Assembly (NCBI GenBank): GCA_032372955.1
Contig: GCA_032372955.1_4725.1
Length of the DNA stretch: 64,000 nucleotides
Source: Escherichia coli
GTDB lineage: Bacteria > Pseudomonadota > Gammaproteobacteria > Enterobacterales > Enterobacteriaceae
Reading direction: 5' to 3' (one strand)
Shown here: piece after piece, positions 30,335-38,786 of the stretch
Position numbering within the stretch: the stretch's first letter is position 1
How the letters are laid out: each line of letters opens with the position of its first letter
The notes under the pieces: model-generated
Told to the model about the DNA's origin: nothing
What the model saw: only the letters and a program-made list of their open reading frames with translations
Database searches by the model: none
Translations under genes and position numbers: made by a program

Positions 30335-32230
30335 ATGGGCTTAGACGTACGTAATAACGGTAACGATAATGTAGAAATTCGTGCAGCTGAAACCCGCACC
30401 GCACAACGTGCTGATGAGGCGCTGGAAACCGCTGCAGATTTTGCCGACCGTCCTAAAGTAACTCATACGATGCGTACGATCAACCGTACACTGAGCCGTC
30501 GTATCAGCCGTAATACCGGCTCCGAGCAGGTACTGAATCTCCGTCGTCTGATGGAGAAATATCTGGAAGATACCCAGTTCAAAGACGACTTCATCTTTGT
30601 TGCGGTTGACCCGAACCAGTACAGCGTACCGTATCCGACCCTGGTTGTTATGAGCGGTGCAAAAGTTGGTGACCATAACCACTTCTTCGGTTACGTCCTG
30701 CCGCTGGTTGCTGGTTTGGCTCCGCTGCCGCGTCGTGAAGAACAAGGTCCGCATGGTAACATTCTGGTACCGCGTACCTGGGTTGATAACCTGAACGGTA
30801 CGTTCATCAACGAAGTCATGGCGGCAATGTATTCAGCTATTGGCGGTAAGTCTAACGGTACTGTTCGTATCGCTGGTCTGGCTGTGGTGACCAATGAAAT
30901 CACCGCTGAATCTGCGCATCTGGCAACCACCCTGCTGTCTGCTGCAGATAACGCAATCCAAACCGCGATCGAAATCCGTCTCGGTGATAAACTGGGTCTG
31001 CCGCAGTTCAACCTGGGCATGATGGCAAGCGATCAGCCAATCAGCAGCGTTCAGTACAACACCAGCGGTATGCAGGACAGCGATATTGTTGGTAACCCTG
31101 TGCGTTCTGACATCACTGTAACTATCTCTAACCGCATCCGTCAAGCGATGAGCGATTACGATAGTCAACAGCGTCTGGTCGCCACCACCGGTTACATTGA
31201 CCTGACCTACAGCCCGCAGAACCCGACCTTCAACCAAGGCCCTGTTCTGGTTAACGGTTATCCGGTACCGCCGACTGTACAATACCAGCCGCGTTACGTG
31301 ATGACCAGCGCTTACCCGCTGGAGCTGGATGCGTTCACACCGAACAGCTTCGTGCTGGGTCTGATTGGTACCATCGCTACGCTGAACAGCGGCATGGCAT
31401 GGGCACAGTCTTTAATCAGCAACGCGGCTCGTGGTATTGGTCCGCATAACCCAGGTGCTCTGGCGATGGTACTGGATCCGGAAGTTACCGCACCGCTGGA
31501 TCTGTCTACTCAAACCAACGAGCAGATTTACAAGTTCCTGCAACAGGTACTGTATCCGTCTCTGCTGATTTCTATCGACGTACCGGAAGAAGGCGAATAC
31601 AGCTGGCTGCTGCGTATGATCCCGGCGGCTGAGAAGATCTATACGGGTAATGTTGAAGGTAAAGTTCAGGAAGTCTCTGAAGGCTACAAAGCACTTTACC
31701 GTGCCTTCGATGATACTACCCTGGGTTGCTTCAGCAAGAAATATCAATACGGTCAACCGCTGGTCTACGCTACCGGTAACCGTATCCCGCTGGGTTACTA
31801 CAACCACCAGGATGGTCACCGTCACGATATTCGTGATATGGACGATCTGTACATGATGAACATCACTAACCCTGATACCGTAGAAGCTTGGGAAGACAGC
31901 TTCGACCGTACCGATATGACGATGTCTCAGCGTGTTGTCGCTCGTCACGAAATCATCGATCGTGTTCTGTCTGGTAGCTGGGAACAAACCGGCTGGGCAA
32001 TGCGTTACGACTTCGATCCGTTAGCACTGCAGGCGCTGATCGAAGCTGCGGCTGATGCTGGCTTCACCATCCGTCCTGAGAACATCCAGCATCTGGCAGG
32101 TACCGCTGTTCGTGGTAACATGGCAGCACGTGCTCGTGGTCTGGGTAACATCTCCGGTAACATCTACGCACGTAGCGATCGCCCGAATGTTGGCGGTAAC
32201 AACATGGGTGGGGCATTCAACCTGTTCTAA
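30335..32230 (+). CDS. chmA: putative chimallin (phage nucleus shell protein, ChmA-like)
   Basis: 631 aa (about 70 kDa); very strong codon bias; TATATTAC element upstream; sits immediately upstream of the RNAP beta-prime N-terminal gene and about 9 kb from phuZ, matching the recalled phiKZ gp54-gp55 order. No sequence comparison was possible. Confidence 0.55.
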   Translation: MGLDVRNNGNDNVEIRAAETRTAQRADEALETAADFADRPKVTHTMRTINRTLSRRISRNTGSEQVLNLRRLMEKYLEDTQFKDDFIFVAVDPNQYSVPYPTLVVMSGAKVGDHNHFFGYVLPLVAGLAPLPRREEQGPHGNILVPRTWVDNLNGTFINEVMAAMYSAIGGKSNGTVRIAGLAVVTNEITAESAHLATTLLSAADNAIQTAIEIRLGDKLGLPQFNLGMMASDQPISSVQYNTSGMQDSDIVGNPVRSDITVTISNRIRQAMSDYDSQQRLVATTGYIDLTYSPQNPTFNQGPVLVNGYPVPPTVQYQPRYVMTSAYPLELDAFTPNSFVLGLIGTIATLNSGMAWAQSLISNAARGIGPHNPGALAMVLDPEVTAPLDLSTQTNEQIYKFLQQVLYPSLLISIDVPEEGEYSWLLRMIPAAEKIYTGNVEGKVQEVSEGYKALYRAFDDTTLGCFSKKYQYGQPLVYATGNRIPLGYYNHQDGHRHDIRDMDDLYMMNITNPDTVEAWEDSFDRTDMTMSQRVVARHEIIDRVLSGSWEQTGWAMRYDFDPLALQALIEAAADAGFTIRPENIQHLAGTAVRGNMAARARGLGNISGNIYARSDRPNVGGNNMGGAFNLF

Positions 32231-32256
32231 TGGAAGAACGTTCGATGTAATCTGAC

Positions 32257-32305
32257 GGGAGGGAGGGCAACCTCCCTCCCTTATACGTCCTAACGTTCTT
32301 TTTCA
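32257..32305 (+). terminator. hairpin plus T-run
   Basis: gggagggagg gcaa cctccctccc 10-bp stem then ttcttttt. Confidence 0.55.
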
Positions 32306-32322
32306 TTTGTAGGAGATACCCC

Positions 32323-33672
32323 ATGGCCATCATGCTCGATATCGTGAGTTTCGATAGACAGCTCGCAGAACTTCCTTTTACGCCGATTTTGTTGAATGAT
32401 TACGATACAAAAGTCGTCGAAGAGAAGAAGAAATTAAACAGTTTTATTACCCGTGTTTACTCCAGCGATACGTTGGATATCACGCCACAATGTGGTTGTG
32501 GTTTCTACAATCGTGGTGAGCTACTCGGCACGGTGTGTCCAAACTGTAAAACGGTTGTAACCTACCCAGCAGAACAAGAGATTCGTTCGACGGTTTGGGC
32601 GCGTGTTCCTGAAGGAATCGATGCGTTCATTAACCCGTTGGTCCATCTCGTGCTGGCAAGCGAGTTGAATATCAAAAGCTTTGAAACGATGACGTGGCTA
32701 ATTGATGCCAGTTACCGTCCAAATGTAAAACGACCCATCGAACTCAAGAACTATCTGGAGCAGCAATTCGATGTATTCGGGATACGGCGCGGTGTAAATA
32801 GCTTTATACAGAACTTCGATCGCATCATGGAGATCTTGTATAAAGGACCTACGTTACGTGGACCGAAGAACACGGAGAAAGTTGACACACTACGAGAATT
32901 CATCCGTATCCATCGTGATAAGTTCTTCAGTCAGTATATCAGCTTTCCTGCGGCCATGATGTTCGTTATCGAGAATACGCCAACCGGTCGTTATGCGGAT
33001 AGCAAAATGGAAGGTGCGATCGATGCTATCGGTACGTTGAACAGTATCTATCATCCAACAACACCTTTGAGCGCCAGAAAGAAAGAAAACTGGATGGCGA
33101 AAGTGCAATTGAAGCTGCTGCAATACCATGCGGCGATTTTCGATGAGTTCATCGGTAAGAAGAAAGGTATTACACGTAAAAACATATTAGGTACATTACA
33201 TCCATTCACCACGCGTACCGTAATCAGTTCGATAACAGCGAACCATCGTTATTATCATCTGCATTTCCCATACGCGCCATTTACTTTAACCAATAAAGAA
33301 CATATCCAATCCAAGTTATTCCATCGTGGTTATTCGCCAAGAGCAGCACGTGCGTTCGTTGCGGAACATGTTCGCAATTATCATCCGATGATGAGCGAGC
33401 TGCATGATGAGCTTATTGCTGATACACCGTTCGATGGGATTGTGTGTGGTTTTGTTCGAAACCCATCACTTGACCGAAGCAGTAACCAATGTCTTGAAAT
33501 CACCAAGGTTAAACGCGATCCGCAGGATAACACCATCGGGTTAAGCGTGATGATCTTGAAAGGGTCGTTAGGCCCAGTAACGCAGAAATGTTGTTACGAG
33601 GAACTCCCTAATGCGGGAACCTACTTAGAGCCTTGTCCACCAACCACGTCTGGGAACAGAGTGTGGGGCTGA
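32323..33672 (+). CDS. multisubunit RNA polymerase beta-prime-like subunit, N-terminal fragment (exon 1; ORF as drawn reads into an intron)
   Basis: Zn-finger CGCGFYNRGELLGTVCPNCK aligns to E. coli beta-prime C70-C88; RTVISS (cf RSVITV) and RNPSLDR (cf RAPTLHR) follow; the ORF stops before any NADFDGD and group I intron cores start at about 33685. True exon 1 end is probably near 33565. Confidence 0.7.
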   Translation: MAIMLDIVSFDRQLAELPFTPILLNDYDTKVVEEKKKLNSFITRVYSSDTLDITPQCGCGFYNRGELLGTVCPNCKTVVTYPAEQEIRSTVWARVPEGIDAFINPLVHLVLASELNIKSFETMTWLIDASYRPNVKRPIELKNYLEQQFDVFGIRRGVNSFIQNFDRIMEILYKGPTLRGPKNTEKVDTLREFIRIHRDKFFSQYISFPAAMMFVIENTPTGRYADSKMEGAIDAIGTLNSIYHPTTPLSARKKENWMAKVQLKLLQYHAAIFDEFIGKKKGITRKNILGTLHPFTTRTVISSITANHRYYHLHFPYAPFTLTNKEHIQSKLFHRGYSPRAARAFVAEHVRNYHPMMSELHDELIADTPFDGIVCGFVRNPSLDRSSNQCLEITKVKRDPQDNTIGLSVMILKGSLGPVTQKCCYEELPNAGTYLEPCPPTTSGNRVWG

Positions 33673-34856
33673 ACTAATCATTCAGGTACGGTAAAAGCGG
33701 CAAGGATTGGGGAATCCGCAGCGAAGTCTCCAGAACGGAGATGTGCTCAACGACTATCGCTTACGGGCGTTAGGGCCAAGCGGTGTGGGAAACCACCGGT
33801 CATTTGACCGCCGAAATGGGAGCCCCGACCAGATAATGCTGAGGGTGAAAGATATAGTCTCTTCTTACGTGAAAGACGTAAGCAGTACCTTAGGTACGGG
33901 TATGGAGTAGCGAACCATACTGAAGATTTAGATAATGCAGATTTCAGTTTTTTCAATTAAATCAATAACTTACGATGATTTATTGATACCGTCGGGATCT
34001 GGTTTCTGGTAACAGGAACATAGTTAAAACTCTCTAATTGACGGGAAGTTTCTGTAATCGGACTACACACCAACTCATCGTGGTGACACAGATGAGGGCC
34101 AGCGTAATGAACTGGGTACGGTAAAAGAGGTAGGACGGGAATAATCCGCAGCGAAGCATCTCAACAAGAACGTTCACCTGATTATAGGAATCCACGAATG
34201 TTCGTTAAGATGTGTGCTCACAGACTATCGAAAGACGCGATGTCGAGTAGAGTAGGCTCTGTTAAACACAGACCCAAACGGGAGACTCCTCGCAACGAGG
34301 ATGAAGATATAGTCGATAAACAGCGACGGGGATGCTTAATCATAGGCCCTGCCTTCCGAAAGGAAGAGCTTGGATTCCGTGAATTGCTGGGAAGGGCTAA
34401 GGCCGCTACGCCTCGTAAGAGGAACCGATAAGGTAGAAACAAGGTAGCGGATGTACGCGGCTTCAATGACAATCCCTTCGGGGATGCCTACCGTACATGA
34501 CAATGTTCGATCAGCAGCGAAGCTCCGTTTAGGAGAACGTTCAACGAATACGTGGTCTCAAGCGAGATCCAGCGCGGAAGTCCTACGTTCCATTTGGAAT
34601 ATGGATAAGATGTATTCTGGACATTCCGGTAACACCGGAAGCTGCAGGTAAAGCTGCGGGTATGAGGTAGCGACTCATGCTGAACACTACGATGAACAAC
34701 CATATCGTCCCAGACATTTGGACTGCGAAACATTTCGGGCGTTTTCGACCCGAACTCGGTATGATGGATAATAACGTACCTTTTAAGGTATCTAAGAAAT
34801 GTGAACATCAGTCACCGGTTATTTCTACCATTGACTGTTGGTTCAACGAATTCGTG
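33566..34856 (+). other. non-coding region with two or more tandem ORF-less group I intron cores
   Basis: Core 1: P-like 33685-33705, Q-like aatccgcagcgaag 33713-33726, R-like gctcaacgactatcg 33745-33759, S-like aagatatagtc 33849-33859. Core 2: P-like 34115-34134, Q-like 34144-34157, R-like gctcacagactatcg 34216-34230, S-like aagatatagtc 34304-34314. R/S closely match Tetrahymena GUUCACAGACUA / AAGAUAUAGUC and pair GACTA with TAGTC. Third partial Q-like copy at 34510-34522. Boundaries approximate. Confidence 0.7.
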
Positions 34857-34931
34857 GAGGGCGATGACGTAGAACCTTATCTTGACGAAATAGAAGCAAC
34901 TAACAACCATTGCTAAAGGAGGACGCCTGTA

Positions 34932-35570
34932 ATGGCGCAAATATTTACAGGTGGACGAGACAGTTATCGTGCACTGAGGTTCGGAGAAATGTCCTCCGGT
35001 CTCGATAAAAGCTTTATGGAGTACGGCCACAAGCTGATGAATAGCCTCGGCGGCGCAAGCGAACACGTAAAGCATTTTTACGCTGAATCGTTAGCAACGT
35101 TCGACGCATTCAATCAGATAAACTATGCTGAACTCCGTAAGACGCTGTTGAGACAATCGGAGAACATCTTCCATGACGATGTGGTTATGCCATGTATCAC
35201 CGTGGAAGACTTCCGTGCCGCAAACGGCATATCTCGACAACTGATCATGGCGTGCCCTGAATTACGTACGAAGGCACAGCGTCAGCAGATCGAGGGGTAT
35301 GCTGAATGTTACACCGATCCGTTCAGTACGTTCAGTAATGAACTGCATCCGGACTACATGCGTGTAACAGACGGTGTGTTGATAACCGATCCTAAAACAG
35401 ATGAAACGTGGAGTATTTCCTACGAGTTTGATGATCATGAACTCGACCTACCAGAACTGAGTATCGATGATAAAGCAATTACATTAACCAACTGGGACAT
35501 GGCACGTATCCTACTGCAAGTTCCTGATGGCGAAGATTTCACCAATATCGCCGGTGGTAAATTAGGTTAA
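34932..35570 (+). CDS. hypothetical protein
   Basis: 212 aa; aaggagga RBS. Confidence 0.55.
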   Translation: MAQIFTGGRDSYRALRFGEMSSGLDKSFMEYGHKLMNSLGGASEHVKHFYAESLATFDAFNQINYAELRKTLLRQSENIFHDDVVMPCITVEDFRAANGISRQLIMACPELRTKAQRQQIEGYAECYTDPFSTFSNELHPDYMRVTDGVLITDPKTDETWSISYEFDDHELDLPELSIDDKAITLTNWDMARILLQVPDGEDFTNIAGGKLG

Positions 35571-35585
35571 TCCATTTAATGGCTG

Positions 35586-35610
35586 CCCTCCCTGCCTTAT
35601 GCAGGGAGGG
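35586..35610 (+). terminator. hairpin
   Basis: ccctccctgc cttat gcagggaggg 10-bp stem. Confidence 0.5.
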
Positions 35611-35619
35611 TTTATGCCG
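35611..35619 (+). promoter_or_regulatory. TTTATGCCG element after hairpin (late-promoter-like)
   Basis: Exact 9-mer about 35 nt upstream of the probable start at 35653. Confidence 0.4.
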
Positions 35620-35652
35620 CATGCAATCTTAAAATTGAAAACGAGGACAATC

Positions 35653-36450
35653 ATGAGTGTAAAACGTACTTCTCTGGGCTATCGTCGCATTGCGAGCCTG
35701 GCAACCCAAGAGGATATTATCTATCGTATCGAACACGATAAATTAGAATTTACCATGAACGACGCAGCCAATATCTGCGGTCGTTTAAACATTGAACGCG
35801 ATAGCAATAATGCGATGTATGTTGCCGCATTGTATTTTAATGGACGGTTGATTGAAACGAGTTTCAGCGTTGATCGCTTTGAGGATACCAGTAGCAGAGT
35901 GAAAACATTGATGGCGAACATGTTCGTCCGTACGTATTTACGTACACGTATTTCACGTTACGTTGGAAACGGTTTATCGGAAACAGAAGAGCATGGCTTA
36001 CGTCGCGGACTTTATAAATTGCTTTTAGAATTGCTGCCTACGCGGTACGGTATTACGGTTCCTGATGTGGATGATGTGTACTGGCGAGATACGTTGGACT
36101 GGATGCTGTATCAGATTTCCGAGACGACCTCCGACCTTCGTTATACCCGAAGCTTAAAAGGAGGAAGCTATGCCGTATACCGCAGCCTTCGTTATAATGA
36201 ACAGCAACATAAGGCGATGATAGTCACACGTCTTGTCTTCACGGTGAAAAGCGGATTAGGAGATACAGCTAACATTGAACCTTTCTCTGAGAAAAGCCAG
36301 TATACGACACATCTCATCGAACCCGTCGATTGTGTTACTGACGATCATACGCTCGATCGTTACGCACGACAGATCTGGCAGACGCTGACGTTACCGCATA
36401 TGGACATCGGTCTTCAGTCGTATACGCATCGTGATAGGAGAACACGTTAA
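35653..36450 (+). CDS. hypothetical protein
   Basis: Start at MSVKRT with gagga RBS; the track's N-terminal extension from 35599 overlaps the hairpin. Confidence 0.5.
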   Translation: MSVKRTSLGYRRIASLATQEDIIYRIEHDKLEFTMNDAANICGRLNIERDSNNAMYVAALYFNGRLIETSFSVDRFEDTSSRVKTLMANMFVRTYLRTRISRYVGNGLSETEEHGLRRGLYKLLLELLPTRYGITVPDVDDVYWRDTLDWMLYQISETTSDLRYTRSLKGGSYAVYRSLRYNEQQHKAMIVTRLVFTVKSGLGDTANIEPFSEKSQYTTHLIEPVDCVTDDHTLDRYARQIWQTLTLPHMDIGLQSYTHRDRRTR

Positions 36451-36459
36451 TCCAACATT

Positions 36460-36479
36460 TTTCACGGCTATATTACTTA
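36460..36479 (+). promoter_or_regulatory. TATATTAC element (early-promoter-like)
   Basis: tttcacggcTATATTACtta, a 20-mer identical to 59740-59759. Confidence 0.5.
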
Positions 36480-36569
36480 AGTGATGTACAACATCAATCG
36501 ACTGTATAAGGCATATCACATTGTCCTTATATTGGAAATTAAATCCTAACGAAATCCGAGGATAGTAAA

Positions 36570-37034
36570 ATGACTTTAGCACAAGAAACCCAAATTCTGT
36601 TTATCCTGTCTCTCATCCTGGGCGCAGGTCTTATAATTTATTTAGCAGTAGCAGGTATGCGGTTACGTGAAGATGATAAACTTTATCAGATGACCGCCAA
36701 CTGGTTATTACGTCGTATCAACAAAGACTACGACAGCAGCTACTGTGAATTACTCGACAATCTGTCCAAAGACTGGATTCGTGCTTACGCTTACCCTGTT
36801 CGCCGTATGGCACAGCTGAGCAAGAAGTGGTTCAAAGCCAATCCGCGCACGACAATCAAACTCAACGGTATGGAACAAGCAAAGGTAATGACTTGGTTAC
36901 TTAACTTCGAACAGTATCCTGAAAATTGGAAAGTGGCCAAGATTCGTACAAACCGTTCCCTGGATGAAGTTATTCGTTTAGCGGCAGAGTTGCGCGGTCG
37001 TAATGTTAACGACGTTATCGCAGCTTTGGTTTAA
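36570..37034 (+). CDS. hypothetical membrane protein
   Basis: 154 aa; N-terminal hydrophobic helix LFILSLILGAGLIIYLAVAG. Confidence 0.5.
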   Translation: MTLAQETQILFILSLILGAGLIIYLAVAGMRLREDDKLYQMTANWLLRRINKDYDSSYCELLDNLSKDWIRAYAYPVRRMAQLSKKWFKANPRTTIKLNGMEQAKVMTWLLNFEQYPENWKVAKIRTNRSLDEVIRLAAELRGRNVNDVIAALV

Positions 37035-37048
37035 GTATTTTTGCGGTC

Positions 37049-37096
37049 TCTCCCTACCTTCGGGTGGGGAGGGGCTGCCCATTCTTTTTTATTTTT
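37049..37096 (+). terminator. hairpin plus T-run
   Basis: tctccctacc ttcg ggtggggag then cttttttatttttg. Confidence 0.55.
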
Positions 37097-37152
37097 GTAA
37101 CTTTCTACGAATTTCCACCACCCTATGAAATGAAAAGCTTGAGGAGAACGGA

Positions 37153-37602
37153 ATGATCCATTTTGATGGTAATAGCAGCCAGCATTTTTCCTTTGAGGTC
37201 GAACAAACAAACAGTACCTTGGTCGGACGTTTCGGTGATGGTAACACACCGTTGTTTACCTACACGTACATGCTCAATAATGAACAACCGATGCGAATTA
37301 ACGCGACCAACTTCATGGCGGCGTTATGGGTGATCTACGGACTTAAAGTCGCCAACAGTAAATCGTACGCCTACAATAACTTTTTTCATGCTTGGTGGCA
37401 GCTTGAGTGTTATAATCGATTAAAGATTCCCGTACCTAAACATCCAGCAGAGTTGTCCGATATTGTTTATTTGGACTGTGGGTATATCGATATGCATACG
37501 CGAACATTTTACGCACCACGCACCAATGTATCCATGCCCGTCGAACTGGAGTTAGGGCATATGCCTAACTACGATAGATTGGTTGGAATGAATTACGCTT
37601 AA
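37153..37602 (+). CDS. hypothetical protein
   Basis: 149 aa; gaggag RBS. Confidence 0.5.
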   Translation: MIHFDGNSSQHFSFEVEQTNSTLVGRFGDGNTPLFTYTYMLNNEQPMRINATNFMAALWVIYGLKVANSKSYAYNNFFHAWWQLECYNRLKIPVPKHPAELSDIVYLDCGYIDMHTRTFYAPRTNVSMPVELELGHMPNYDRLVGMNYA

Positions 37603-37615
37603 AGAGGAGTTCCTC

Positions 37616-38023
37616 ATGGCATCGAATCCGTTACCTGGGCTGTCGAGCTTTTTAACCGCGTCGGGAAAAAAGCTGGATGGGTTAATGACCAATTTCGCAA
37701 TATCGAATTATTCCCAGTCGTATTGCTACCAAGGCTCTATCGTTTCACTACCGTACCTCATTGCAACGTCGCAGTATAGCGCACCCAAATTGGAAGATGC
37801 GACATACCGGATGTTGTATGATTATTTAATGCGTTATTACGATCGCGTGGAATTGAAAGTCCGTGTCAAGTATATCGATCCGACGACGGAACGTGTCGAT
37901 CTCCAGATTGGTGGGATTGTCACAGAGAAAGGTATATCGTACGATTTGGGCGGTGTTCTGCGATCCGAGCGTGGTAATTTTATCAAGTGGCAGGAGGAAG
38001 TAAATGAAGGCGCGCCAAACTAA
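37616..38023 (+). CDS. hypothetical protein
   Basis: 135 aa; agagga RBS. Confidence 0.5.
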   Translation: MASNPLPGLSSFLTASGKKLDGLMTNFAISNYSQSYCYQGSIVSLPYLIATSQYSAPKLEDATYRMLYDYLMRYYDRVELKVRVKYIDPTTERVDLQIGGIVTEKGISYDLGGVLRSERGNFIKWQEEVNEGAPN

Positions 38024-38786
38024 CAGCAACGTTAGCGAAGGAACGGATTTATTGGGGTATCCGGCTGGGGTGGTGGTTGTAAATGAAGAAGAGCGCATCC
38101 GTCGCGCTCAGGATCCGTCCATCCCGAAAACAAGACCGGACATGTGGCAGGAGCTGGTAGACAACAGCGAGCTTCTACGAAAAGGTTTACAGGAGATGAC
38201 GCGTCCCAACATCCTGCCTGAATCGCTGTTTGTTAAACATTTCTTGTATCCGTTCGCAGGAATGTTTTCGCAGGATCCTGAATACGCGGAGATGCTGAGT
38301 AATAGCACCATTGTTCACGATTGGTGCAAGATAGCAGGCCAACCGCATCGTGCTGTTAATATTGTTGCTGATGGGAATAACAACAAGGTTCTGTTTACGG
38401 TACCAGCTATCTTTATCCGGACACGTTCATACATCAATCGTGACCCCAATACGTGTTTCCTCGCGATGGTGGACAAAGCACGCCGACAGTATAACTTCAA
38501 TCCTGAAAGCGCTAAAGCTTACGTCGACCATCAGCTTGATCGCTTTGCCCCAAATGAAAGCAAAGACCATGTTGTTGCTGATTACGTGCAATGGCTTCGG
38601 ATTTTTGACCATTATAACGTACCCCTTTACGACGTTCGTGATGGTTCACGTCGTACGGTAAAAGAGCGTGGGTTATTAAATGGATTGAATCTGGCCAGAA
38701 CTTCTTCAACAACTGCGTCGGTGGGTAGTAGAAACATGCCGTCTACGACGGGGACTATTAGCAGCAGCAACTTAGAGGAATTCTGA
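38004..38786 (+). CDS. hypothetical protein
   Basis: 260 aa; ggaggaag RBS. Confidence 0.5.
   Translation: MKARQTNSNVSEGTDLLGYPAGVVVVNEEERIRRAQDPSIPKTRPDMWQELVDNSELLRKGLQEMTRPNILPESLFVKHFLYPFAGMFSQDPEYAEMLSNSTIVHDWCKIAGQPHRAVNIVADGNNNKVLFTVPAIFIRTRSYINRDPNTCFLAMVDKARRQYNFNPESAKAYVDHQLDRFAPNESKDHVVADYVQWLRIFDHYNVPLYDVRDGSRRTVKERGLLNGLNLARTSSTTASVGSRNMPSTTGTISSSNLEEF

Noticed and set aside
30341-31987. Minus-strand ORFs (30341..30754, 30691..31020, 30833..31282, 31412..31987) within the chimallin candidate
   Set aside because: Antisense to a strongly codon-biased gene; composition typical of mirror frames.
34324-34333. cgacggggat (FDGD if joined to a preceding tt) as a definite micro-exon
   Set aside because: It lies only about 9 nt after the intron-2 S element, leaving no room for a P9 helix before the 3' splice site; a 3-residue match is too likely by chance. 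Kept only as a hypothesis in the findings.
33707-34431. Short ORFs inside the intron region (33707..33910, 33747..33956, 34198..34431, 34218..34472) as possible homing endonuclease genes
   Set aside because: 67-84 aa, no HNH, GIY-YIG, LAGLIDADG or His-Cys box motifs, no RBS, and they overlap conserved intron core elements; the introns appear ORF-less.
34677-34916. Track ORF of 79 aa as an independent gene
   Set aside because: No RBS and it begins inside the intron-like region; more likely its 3' end is the terminal beta-prime exon and the rest is intron.
35599-35652. N-terminal extensions of track ORFs 35599, 41680 and 49408
   Set aside because: They overlap terminator hairpins or promoter-like elements; internal ATGs with good RBS are more plausible starts.
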